Source of the DNA: Chrysomallon squamiferum
Lineage: Eukaryota; Animalia; Mollusca
Direction: 5' to 3'
Length of the DNA: 64,000 nucleotides
Assembly: GCA_012295275.1 (NCBI GenBank)
Contig: CM022672.1
Coordinates: 6,262,001 to 6,326,000 of the forward strand
Position 1 is the first letter of the stretch. Every line of letters begins with the position of its first letter. Made by a program: the position numbers and the translations under genes. The notes under the pieces were generated by a model, which was not told the origin of the DNA, did not search any database, and saw only the letters and a list, made by a program, of their open reading frames with translations. Positions 14,271 through 32,829 of the stretch are shown piece after piece.

Positions 14271-14875
14271 TTTTTTTTTTTTTTTTTTTTTGTATTACTT
14301 ATATTTGATTAATGCACTTAATAGTATAAATTGTGTTAGATTATCTGCAAAATGTGTGTGTGGGGAGGGTTTGTGGTTTTTTTTAGCGTGTTTATTATTT
14401 AGAAATTAATGGCCATGTACTAACATTGTTAATAATAACAAATATCCAAATATAAAAATGAGATAAATTAGCGAAATTATAACTACTTCTGGTGTTGCAA
14501 AATCTCTGTTTTTGATGGCATTCAACAATCACCACTGTCATCTTACCTGCTACTATCAATTTAATTAATATTAAACACTGCTATCACTGTACTGTTATTA
14601 TAACTGTTACTGTATCTAACATCTAATTACCACCATAAGTACTACTACGTCTAGTACCATCGCTGTCATTCATTATATTACGACTAGCCTGATACTAGAT
14701 ACTTTGCACCAGTTGTTTTGGCTTTTCTGACGTCACCATAGTTAATTTTAACTATCCCCCATAACGATCTTATTGTTTTCCTAGCAGTAAAAAAGGCAGT
14801 GATATTAATGCGTGTTTCTTAAAATTCACTCTCCCTTAGATATATAAAACATTATAATAATGAATTTACATGTTT

Positions 14876-14906
<31 letters not shown>

Positions 14907-15233
14907 GGTGATGATAATGATACAACTGGTACTAATACTACTGATAATCACAATCATATTGTAACTGTCGTTATTGTTGTTTGGTAACTATTGTTGTATG
15001 TATGTACATTATTTCTGAACACTGCTAAAATAATTATTATAGATTTGTAATGTTCAGGCAGTCAATATGCTGACGTCATGCAGCAGCTGGTGACTTCTAA
15101 ATACATTTGTCGCACACAACCCCGAAATGAAATGTACAGCAGATTTATAGTTTACTTGTTTATCCTGCAATCACCTTTCTTGGTGACAAGGTATTACAGC
15201 TAGATAAATTTCTATATTTTCGTTAAATTACTT

Positions 15234-15268
<35 letters not shown>

Positions 15269-15967
15269 TCACACACACACTGTTATTTAAGAAGTATTCT
15301 TATAATATTCAAGACTAATAACTATTATTATTATAATAATCATAATAATAATAACTATAATATATACACATTACTATATATCTTGTGCATCTAATGTTTG
15401 TTTTTCTTTCTCATCAGGTCTGTTAATAAAATAATTAAATTAAATGACATTATTAATTTTTAATAAAACTTTAAGGTAACTAACAAATTTTAATATTTTA
15501 TATTTGCTCTAGACTAGTAATATTTCATGTCAGAGAGGACTGGCTTAATTTTTAATTACTACTAGTTCACAGTAATGTATAGTTATATTTAAATAAATCG
15601 CATATTTCACTTTTTTCTTTTTAGTGTTTCACGTTCATGTATGTAAGCATTTATTGATTCGCCATTAAAGAACTATTCAGACGAAAAATATACATGTTCA
15701 GCAGTATTAAATGTACATTTGTGTTTAACGGGAAAGAGTTTAGAGGCATTTTAAATTAATAAATCAATTTAAACGTGTAACGAATTCACGAACACTCAGT
15801 GCAGACGTCTCTTTTCCCCGCCTAATTTATAGCAAGTATTCACATGGTGCAAAATACGCAAACACCGGAATGTCGACTGTTTAAGAAAAACCGAAAAAAA
15901 AAAAAAACACCCAACAAAAAACTCAAAGTATAATGATACCCTTATTACGCTATTTCTCTGAATTTGA

Positions 15968-16001
<34 letters not shown>

Positions 16002-16381
16002 TTATTATTATACATGACAGATATTAGCATGCCATTCTTTGATGTTAGTTTAACTGTGAATTTAATTTTTTATTTATTTCTCTCCCCTTTTTTAATTTTT
16101 TTATTTTGTTGTTGCTTTTTAGAACAGCTTGGCTGTATAGCAGTGTAAAAAGACTTTAGATCAATCGACGATGGTACAGAGCACAAAACCACACAACTGA
16201 AATGAAATATTGTTTTAATTTTGCTTTTCTCAAATTTTCCACACAACGTTTTGGACGACTTTGAGAATACAGTTTCCACTCCTTTCAGCCTGAGTTGTAG
16301 GCCCTGAAAATTCTTTGTTTCTATGACTTGATTACACTACGCATTTTATATCTCCGTTCTTACACACATACGTAGGTACGT

Positions 16382-16416
<35 letters not shown>

Positions 16417-16910
16417 ACAAACACAAACATACATATACACATACATACATGCATACATTAATCTTGTTATGCTAATTTGGCTGATCTCAACTCAAACAAA
16501 CAGCTATAAATTCTTAATAATTAACATATTTGTTCTTTCTACACGCACACACACGCACACACGCACACACACAAACGGCAGCTGCTAAGTTAATAAAAAG
16601 TTTATATTTATATTACTTCAGGATTACAGTCTGCTATCGATTAAGCATTCAGCTGTATTGAATAGTAATTTGTTTTTTTAAATGTGTGTGTGTGTGTGTG
16701 TGTGTGAATGTATGTGTGTTTTATTATTATTTTTATTTTATTTATATATTATAAAAAGAATAAAATATACATTTTAAAGATCGAATAAATCTATAATTAT
16801 TATTAATGATAAATGTCAGATATGTCACTTTTGGTTGTGATTTTTGCTGTCTAAATCTATAATAATTATGTTACCACATGTTCTCTCGTTGTTTTGATTA
16901 TTTATAACTT

Positions 16911-16969
<59 letters not shown>

Positions 16970-17837
16970 CATAAGTCATCTATTAAAATAAAACAAACTG
17001 AAACACTGATTTAAATTTCTATACAGTATTTTGTTTTAATTAGTAATAACTATTTAAAAGATATCTCGAATGCTTAAATACCCTTCTTCTTTTTTGGGGG
17101 GTGGGGTGTTTTTTAATGTGCAAACAAAAAAAAAGAAGAAAAAAAAAAGGATATAATTTTGTCCTTTGAGCAGATTATCTGGCGTAATAGGATTATAGTA
17201 AATCGGCTTATAAAGTGAAACTACATAACTCAGCTCTAATTTAGATTATTAACGAAACACTTTTTTTTTTAATTGTCTGAAGAAAAGTATCTCTGTCTGT
17301 CAGTCTGTCTGTCTCTCCCTTTCTCTTTCTCTCTCTCTAACTTTTTATATGTGTGTATGTGTGCGTGTGTATATCGAGTAATATATAGACATTTATTTCC
17401 CAGATAACATTAGTTATTACCCACAATGATAGGACAAAAATCCATTAACATTCAACAGGCTAAGATTTTTAACGAAGGATTCATAAAGGTAGTAGTAGGT
17501 CTTCCTTTTCATAAATATTCATTGTATATTATCTTTTACTATAAAAATATATAAAGCTTTTTTTCAATAAATTTTTCATTTCTAAATAAGAAACATTTGA
17601 ATAAAAATCAGAAGCATTTTAGTTTCTGCATCAAAATGATATCTATAATAATAAGAAGAAGAAGAAGAAGAAGAAGAAGACGAAGAAAAAAAGATGAAGA
17701 AGAAATATTATTATTATTATTATTAACTACTTATATATATATATATATATTAAAATCAATAATAACGAACCATATTTCTTTGTTTCGTCTGGTTTTGTAT
17801 CCCCTTCTTCGCCCTCTACTTTACTTCCACCGCACAT
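430..17837 (-). CDS. SLC44A2: Choline transporter-like protein (SLC44A2/4/5-type), 5' 14 exons, 3'-truncated by window edge
   Basis: Exons (minus): 17771-17837, 11065-11113, 10283-10435, 8881-8968, 7736-7870, 6995-7058, 6133-6268, 5106-5189, 4234-4346, 3559-3690, 2940-3039, 2100-2192, 1286-1388, 430-482; all GT-AG with matching phases. Translation MCGGSKVEGEEGDTKPDETKKYGEPKKFDPNFKGPLKNRSCTDIICC...GNPVKLVYPTDSSGNLCG...DKPYLMFFD...CPTPQVCV...RIRIAIELIKEGSRAIGNMFSTLFWP carries CTL2/CTL4 hallmark motifs. The exact paralog is uncertain (likely pro-ortholog of SLC44A2/4/5). Confidence 0.93.
957..1036. repeat. Short tandem duplication (38-bp period, 2 copies)
   Basis: ttataaattttccgttaccataaaaacaaaataatt at 961 and 999. 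Confidence 0.9.
1389..2099 (-). other. U12-type (minor spliceosome) GT-AG intron in the SLC44A gene
   Basis: 5' site GTATCCTTT (2099-2091); branch-site-like TTTCTTTAAC (1410-1401) about 12 nt before the AG at 1390-1389; flanking exons join in frame (SAV-YVAS). Confidence 0.88.
2557..2860. mobile_element. Degenerate non-autonomous DNA transposon (MITE-like) relic
   Basis: Left end catggccgtaactag..tgaggca; right end tgcctcatttgtctcaacgt resembles 8594-8636 (cttcatttgcctcagcgtagttaaggtcatg), whose terminus is the near reverse complement of the left end. Confidence 0.45.
3035..3283. repeat. Minisatellite, about 6 x 42 bp, each unit containing the 3' splice site of SLC44A exon 2940-3039
   Basis: Unit acaacctgtagtttagaaaatagtatttagttaagacacttt starting at 3035, 3077, 3119, 3161, 3203, 3245. 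Confidence 0.95.
4333..4445. repeat. Tandem duplication (57-bp period) spanning the acceptor of SLC44A exon 4234-4346
   Basis: cataccaag(g/t)cctctaaaataacataatact(a/g)tcttctaaacaacagatacaaa at 4334 and 4391. Confidence 0.92.
5255..5487. repeat. AT-rich inverted repeat (about 50-bp arms) with extra partial copies
   Basis: gtattgttttttatactttataatttaaattttaaaaatgttatttgtattg (from 5255) is nearly the reverse complement of 5366-5416; further copies near 5324 and 5452. Confidence 0.85.
6000..6045. repeat. (AAG)n microsatellite
   Basis: Uninterrupted AAG run preceded by (AAT)n. Confidence 0.95.
6661..6800. mobile_element. Possible MITE core with inverted repeats and an internal TGACGTCA
   Basis: tttgaatgctgcc (6661) and ggcagcattcaaa (ending 6800) form a perfect 13-bp inverted repeat; true termini and target-site duplication not identified. 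Confidence 0.45.
9596..9644. repeat. (TG)n microsatellite
   Basis: Uninterrupted TG run. Confidence 0.95.
10475..10716. repeat. Compound (ACAT)n/(AC)n microsatellite
   Basis: Direct reading; source of the MYVC-repeat pseudo-ORFs. Confidence 0.95.
11316..11700. repeat. T-rich low-complexity tract with (TTTA)n and (TTA)n
   Basis: Direct reading. Confidence 0.9.
16448..16572. repeat. Dispersed repeat, copy 1 (copy 2 at about 19377-19518)
   Basis: catgcatacattaatcttgttatgctaa...tttgg(c/t)tgatctcaactcaaac...taataattaacatatttgttcttt followed by (CA)n in both copies. Confidence 0.85.
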
Positions 17838-18173
17838 TGTTCTTCCAGTTTGTTACGTACTGTCTCCGTGTATGTGGTACCTATGTATGTATGTACGTAG
17901 TAAGTATGTCGACAAATCACCGTTGGTTTACGTCGATACTACACTCTTATTAAGATATATCTCTTCTGGTCGTAAACAAGCAAGTTTGTTCCATTCAAGC
18001 CAATACTAAAGTAAATCACATGACCTGTGCATTGCTAGGTTGCCTCGACAACACCTAACCCACACGACTGATTGCAGTGGTCAAGTCATGCGTATTATTT
18101 TTCATTGTTATACCTGCACGAACGGGTGAAAAAAAAACCCCACCTATTACGTTAAATATTATTATATTATTAA

Positions 18174-18213
<40 letters not shown>

Positions 18214-18554
18214 TTAATGGTTTCCATAAGAGATTAAGCTAATCATGCGTAAGATACATGACAGAGTTTAATAAAACACGATACGGTTTGTAATACAAGT
18301 ATCTAGACAAGCCGCGCACCTAACGGCCCAGGGTATCTCAGCATACCCATGATCCTTTGTGTTTACTGTAAAACTAATTTTCGATATGGCTAAGTCATTC
18401 TCGTCTTTTCTGTCCGTAATGATGTCAGGTAAAGAAAGAACAGTAACGTTAATTATTATTCATTTGTAACTGTTTGTGTCAGTTTGGATTAATCGATATT
18501 ATGACACTGCTTAACAAAACACGATTATACCAACAGATACAAGATACGATTAAC

Positions 18555-18909
18555 ACATGTATGTGTATTATGTATGTTTGTGTGTATGTGTGTTTGTGTG
18601 TGTATGTATGTATGTATGTATGTATATAATGTAGTATGCATGAATGTGTGTGCGTTTTTATTTATGTAATTTGTACGTATATGTGTATGTGTTTATGTGT
18701 GCATGTTTGTATATGTGTATGCATTTATGTGGGTGTATATGTATATATGTTTATGTATGAACTATTAATTGTCCATACATGTATATACTTATGTATGTAT
18801 GTATGCACGCATGTATTTATATATATATATATGTCTGTACGTGTGTATATATGTATGTATGTTTGTAAGTGTATGTTTGTACGTGTGTCTGCGTGCTGTC
18901 TATAGGTGT

Positions 18910-18958
<49 letters not shown>

Positions 18959-18975
18959 GTATGTATGTATGTAAA
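18555..18975. repeat. Degenerate (TG)/(TATG)/(TA)n microsatellite block
   Basis: Direct reading. Confidence 0.9.
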
Positions 18976-19376
18976 TGTCTAAAAACCTAGTATTTTATAG
19001 GGTTACTTGAATTGATTATAACGACTAAATTATGCTTTCCATTTTCTTGTTGATTTAACGATTATACATTTGACATTGTTTACACAGTCTGATATCAAAC
19101 TACTTCAAGTAAAACTTACTACAGTTTAGCAAACAAAATACAAATGATATAACACTTGCTTGTACATTTAGATCACAGGCGCCGATATAAGGACGTGGGG
19201 ATCTGAAATATATCACGTGTTTTGTAAGTAAATCTCCCACTCTGTATAATGTGTTATTATCTGATCTCCCTAGAAACAAAGTTAAATTCCCTCTTCGTAA
19301 TACTTTCATACAATAATTCATTCACCTGTATTCATTCATACATAAATAGGTACATACATATATACATACATGCATG

Positions 19377-19476
19377 CATGCATACATTAATCTTGTTATG
19401 CTAAAACTGTGTCATAATTTGGTTGATCTCAACTCAAACAGTTATAAATTATTAATAATTAACATATTTGTTCTTT

Positions 19477-19518
<42 letters not shown>
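19377..19518. repeat. Dispersed repeat, copy 2 (direct orientation to 16448-16572)
   Basis: Same sequence as copy 1 with a short insertion (aactgtgtcataa). Confidence 0.85.
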
Positions 19519-19520
<2 letters not shown>

Positions 19521-19668
19521 ACTCAGGGGCATATCAGAGCCTATGACACTCATCTTTCAGATAACTTTATCCCAAAATCCGCTAAAAAAAAAAAAAAAAA
19601 ATTAACAGTCAAAATTAATAGAAAACTGCTCAGTGACAGTCTTTTAATGTTCCGCACAGGCCACGTGT

Positions 19669-19720
<52 letters not shown>

Positions 19721-20798
19721 TCATCATTAAGGTTCCAGTATCAAGATATATTAACTAATAAAATTCTTCTCTACAGCATGTTTTTGTTGTCTATGTGATG
19801 TCTATCATTTTCGAGAACAAATCCACTTTTATTTTAATACTTTATCGAACATGTCCAGGTGTGACCACTTCGATCTCGGGCGAGTATAACGTATTCTCCT
19901 TCAACAATAACCTCTTCACATTATTTTTTTTTCCCTTGTCGTAGTTTTAATTATATTTGTGTGTACGGTTTACTGCTACTGCTGATGGCGTCGTTGTATT
20001 CGGTATCTTTTGCCTGTGGCCTTGAAACTTGGAAATGCGCTAGTCTTTTATCAGTGAAATACACTCTTTTGTCTCGCTATTCACACACTTATCACGCTCC
20101 TCTACAGTTGATCATAATAAAGGGATTTTGCAGAACACGGATGACTGGAAGACGGGGTCACTGACACAATAGGAACAAGGGATGGCGATGGTGCATGAAT
20201 GTTTGCGTATATGAAACACTGACGTCAGTTAACCCAGCAGAAAACAAAGGCCTTGTGATATTATTTCGTACGGTGTTTCAAACACTTCCGTAAGAAAATA
20301 AATCTGACCCACTGTAGGTATAAAACAAATAAATAAATAGAATAACGTAACGTAACATAAAAACTTAAAATATCAGGGTTTTTTTCTCTCCCCGCAGTGA
20401 TAGTATACATTATTAATTTTTATGATTCTGTATTTGAGATAATGAATACGTGAGAAACATTCTCTAGTATTTTAGATCAAGCTTTGAAAATCTGCATGAT
20501 GGTCTGGAAAACAGACTTCAATCAGATATATCATAACCTAAAACCTTTCAAAGGAAATAAGACAGGTTGCTTTTTCCTTCCTCTTCAGTGTTCCGTCCAT
20601 TCTGTGCGTGCCTGTGTGTGTGTGTTTATTTATATGGGACAAAAGTTGATTGGAAAGAATGTGACAGATCCAATACCTGTGATTATAAATAAAATTATTA
20701 CACACACACACAAATTAATATAAACAACAAAAATATTATTTTATCAATATATATTGTTTATTCTGAAAAACTGAAATCAGATATGTAAAATCTAACAA

Positions 20799-20831
<33 letters not shown>

Positions 20832-21878
20832 ATTATGATATTTATTAACAAATATTATAATATATTTTGTATGTTCAGAACCTGGTATATATAACAGTGT
20901 AAAATCCTAACTGAAAGCTATTTGCATTGTTAATTACATATCTTCACTTTATGAGACATTCATTTGGTATGTAAAAATAAAACAATTTAAATACAAAATA
21001 ATTCACAGTTTAATGTAAGAAGTACATAATTTATAATTTAAAGCAAAAATGTTTGAATTTTCTAATGAGTAGGATTGAAATCCTAATTGGTAAACAATGA
21101 AAATATAATCCATTTTTCACTTTTCCTTTTCTGTCTAATAATACAGAATAAAGTAAAGTAATTGTTTAATTTATTTTTGCGACACACATGTTCCTCTTGT
21201 AGACACAGTATTATCATTAACCAGTATTTTTAAAAAAAAAACCTAATTACTTTTCCATTTTTTTTTTTTTTATAAAAAGCATTTTAATTAGAATTTTAAG
21301 TTATGTGACTGCACATAATGTTTCTGATTAATATTTTCTTAAAATAAATACACGTTTACCAGTATTAACTATATAATTCTCATAACAGATGTTCATTATG
21401 TTTAGCAGTTTCCTGCAGTGACTACATTTACATCTAATAAACTCCCATTTACATATATTTGTGTAATAAATTCACATTAACAAGCATTCCTGCAACTAAA
21501 AACACATATTTGCCATTTGTTTTGTCATAAATGTATTTACCAGTATTCTTGAAACGAATACGCATGCTAACAGTATCACAATAAAGAGCAGTGATTCATA
21601 TAAAAAATAAACATATTGTCCAGTGTTTCTGAATGCATGCTCACCAACAGAGACATGTACCTATTAATATTTACCAGTTGTTATTTAATGCTTAGGAAAA
21701 CTGGTGAACTGCAGAAAGCATTCAAAGCTTAATGTATCTCATGCTATAACTATGTCATTATATGACACTGCTATCATTATGAATCAGCACTTATACAGAT
21801 GCTAAAAATAATGAGTAATATGTTACAAATTCACTTATATTCCGAATGACCTCACTGTGATTCAACATAACTACGGCC

Positions 21879-22230
21879 TTCATTATAAAAATAATCTGAT
21901 GGAGAATCATATTACTGTTCAATATTTTAGGAAAAATAAACAACTTGTATAAAAAAAAATATATAAAAATCACTCAATTATTCACAGTAACAATGATTCA
22001 GTAAAATTAATGTTTTCATTATAAACACAATTCAATGGAGAATCATATAACTGATCAATCAATAACCGAGTGAAAATAAACAATTTGTATAAAATATTGG
22101 TTATATAAAATCACTAATTTATTCATTAATCTCCATGATTTAGTATTAACTAAGATCTTTATTATAAATGCAGTTCAGTGGATAATCATATTAATAACTG
22201 AATGAAAATAAAAATACTGTATTAAAAAAT
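21879..22230. repeat. Degenerate tandem repeat, about 140-bp unit, about 3 copies, downstream of the ACADM stop
   Basis: Recurring ttcattataaa..tggagaatcatat..gaaaataaacaa..tgtataaaa..tataaaatcact..atgatt. Confidence 0.75.
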
Positions 22231-22631
22231 AATAATTGTGATTTGTAAAATGATTAAGTTATTCATAACCAGAAGCTAACAAATGATGATGCTATCATCA
22301 CAAACCAACAAAGGTACACACGATGCTGTTTTACAAAAATAATCATATACGTTAAATAATCTGAAATCTGGCTAACATTTTTTCTCTTCTGAGTCAAGAC
22401 TACAACTACTGACTTCATGATAAGCATAATTCAACTGTTAATCACATTGTCTGTTCATTTGATTGAGCAAAAATTAAACTTCACTTTAAAAAAAAAGTCC
22501 TAACAGTTGCATTTGCTTTATTACTTAAAATTATTCATAATCAAGATATATTTTTAAAAAAACACACTATTTCTTCACTAGGCAAAAGAGCACTTGTAAC
22601 TAATCCAGGTGTCAAAATTGTAGAATCATTT

Positions 22632-30826
<8,195 letters not shown>

Positions 30827-32829
30827 GGTTCCAGGTTAAAGGTTACTTGTTATCGACCCGAGAAAAATTCGAACCGAGAAATGAAACGGACTGGAGCTGG
30901 GGAAATTTTTTACCATGAATTAAATGTACGGAAAATGTGCTATTTAAAATCTTTTTTCTTCTGCTTTTTAAAGCGGTTTTGCCTACACGTTTTAAAATAT
31001 TTTACAGGACTTTCACAATGAATACAAAATATAAGAATATTAAAAATTTATAATTTATTGACGAATTATATATATATATATAATATATATGTTGGGTTTT
31101 GGGGTTGTTGTTTTTTCTGGACGCAGTGGAATCTGGTTTTTGAAAAAATTTAATTGACTGAGACATATTGAAAACAACCATTAATCATGTCTGCTTAAAC
31201 AACAATTCACAAAACAAGATCATTGCGATTTATCAAATATTTTTCAAAAATTGTTTAATCATACATTTGAATTAAAAAAAAAATTGTTTTGTCTTTAAAT
31301 CTGATATTCGGATCACAGCATAATGATAAAAGACAAAAATAAGATGTTTTGTGTCTGCAGTTTTATTGTTGCGGTTGCTTGTAAGCTAAAATTTGTCATG
31401 AAAAAACAGTAACCATAGGTTCTTAGTTTGTATTTCTAAAAATGGATTTTATGTCTGATACAGAAATTTTTACTTACATTAATACGTCTTGCTTACTTTA
31501 ATCTGTTTCTCTAATAGTAAAAATGTTCAAAAAAAAAAAAATGGTGTCAAATGAATAGGGGCGCTGTTTTTCATAGATATGCCCCTGACCATATAAAACC
31601 ATGTATTTAATATATCATACAAATTAAATTTAAGTACATTCTAGTACATAAATGTTTTTTCTTATTAAAAAAACATAAAGATAGGAATTTATCAATTCTT
31701 AATACTAAAAGCTATATTATGATTAAGTAAGCAATAATAAAGACTTGTTATTATTTTCATGACAAACAATTTGGGAAATATATCTGAGTAATGAGACCTT
31801 ACAAGACCCAGTGCACCGGATGCAAAAAGTATGAGTATTATGCTGGTTATTGATTGTCAAATTATTATTTCGACATCGTTTGTTGATGTGTTTTGTTGTG
31901 GATGCTTTTGTCAGCACAACTAAATACAATATTACAGACAGTTTTAGGTACATTAATGTAACAATTTAGCCTTTCTTAAGAAAAATTATTTCGGAAGAAT
32001 AGTTGACTATTCTCAGTACTCGTAACTCTTTCAATGATAAACTAAAACTGATCTAATTCGTGAAGCAGGAAACTTTTAATTACATTTATTATATTTGTAT
32101 TTATACTTTTCTAAAATATAATCTTAATTATTATTATTAAAAATTCATTGCTAATTTTTGGTTATATATATATAATTAGCATTTGAGGTATTCCTTTAAT
32201 TTTTATTTCTTTATTTTGTTTATTTTGTTTTGTTTTGTTTTTTTTTTTTCTTTTTTTTTTTTCCAAGAAATATAGTTTGGCATTGCTTAAAAATTAATAG
32301 ATCTGTTGTCTGTTCAGATTCCTGATAGGTGTATATTTGATATACGCCTTAGACTATTTGAACTTAAGAATATATCAGTAAATATTCATTATTTGTTTAC
32401 TCATTACTGTTAGTGTTATTAAAAGCTGAGGTAATTTATTATTACTCGTTTATTAAATGTTGGATATTAGATTTTTGTTCAGTGCATACAGGAAAGAGTA
32501 ATACAATGTTAACACTCTATAACACTGTTTTGATTATCAGTTAGGAGTCATATACATAAAATTAACTTTACCATAATTATGAAAAGTTTTATTGAGTAGT
32601 CCAATCAAGATCAGTTCTGTAACATAAGATATTTTGCATCTGCTTCCTTCAGTTTAGGCATATGTTAGTTTATGGTCACATGACTGACAGTAATATTTCT
32701 TTTTATTGAGAAAGGAGGTTGTGATTCTACTGATCAGTATATTTCTTTTATCATTTTATTTAATTTACAGCCATAACTCATTTAATTTTATTTATTTATT
32801 TATTTCAAAGATGTTTGTAGAAATTGAAC
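30827..32829. promoter_or_regulatory. Putative shared/bidirectional promoter region between divergent ACADM and MVB12
   Basis: Start codons diverge 2.0 kb apart; CpG-containing stretch near 30780-30990; the MVB12 ATG exon is preceded by an acceptor, implying a non-coding first exon inside this interval. Transcription start sites are not determined. Confidence 0.5.

Noticed and set aside
19100-19321. 73-aa minus-strand ORF upstream of SLC44A
   Set aside because: No recognisable homology and no demonstrable in-frame link to the gene; at most a 5' UTR exon.
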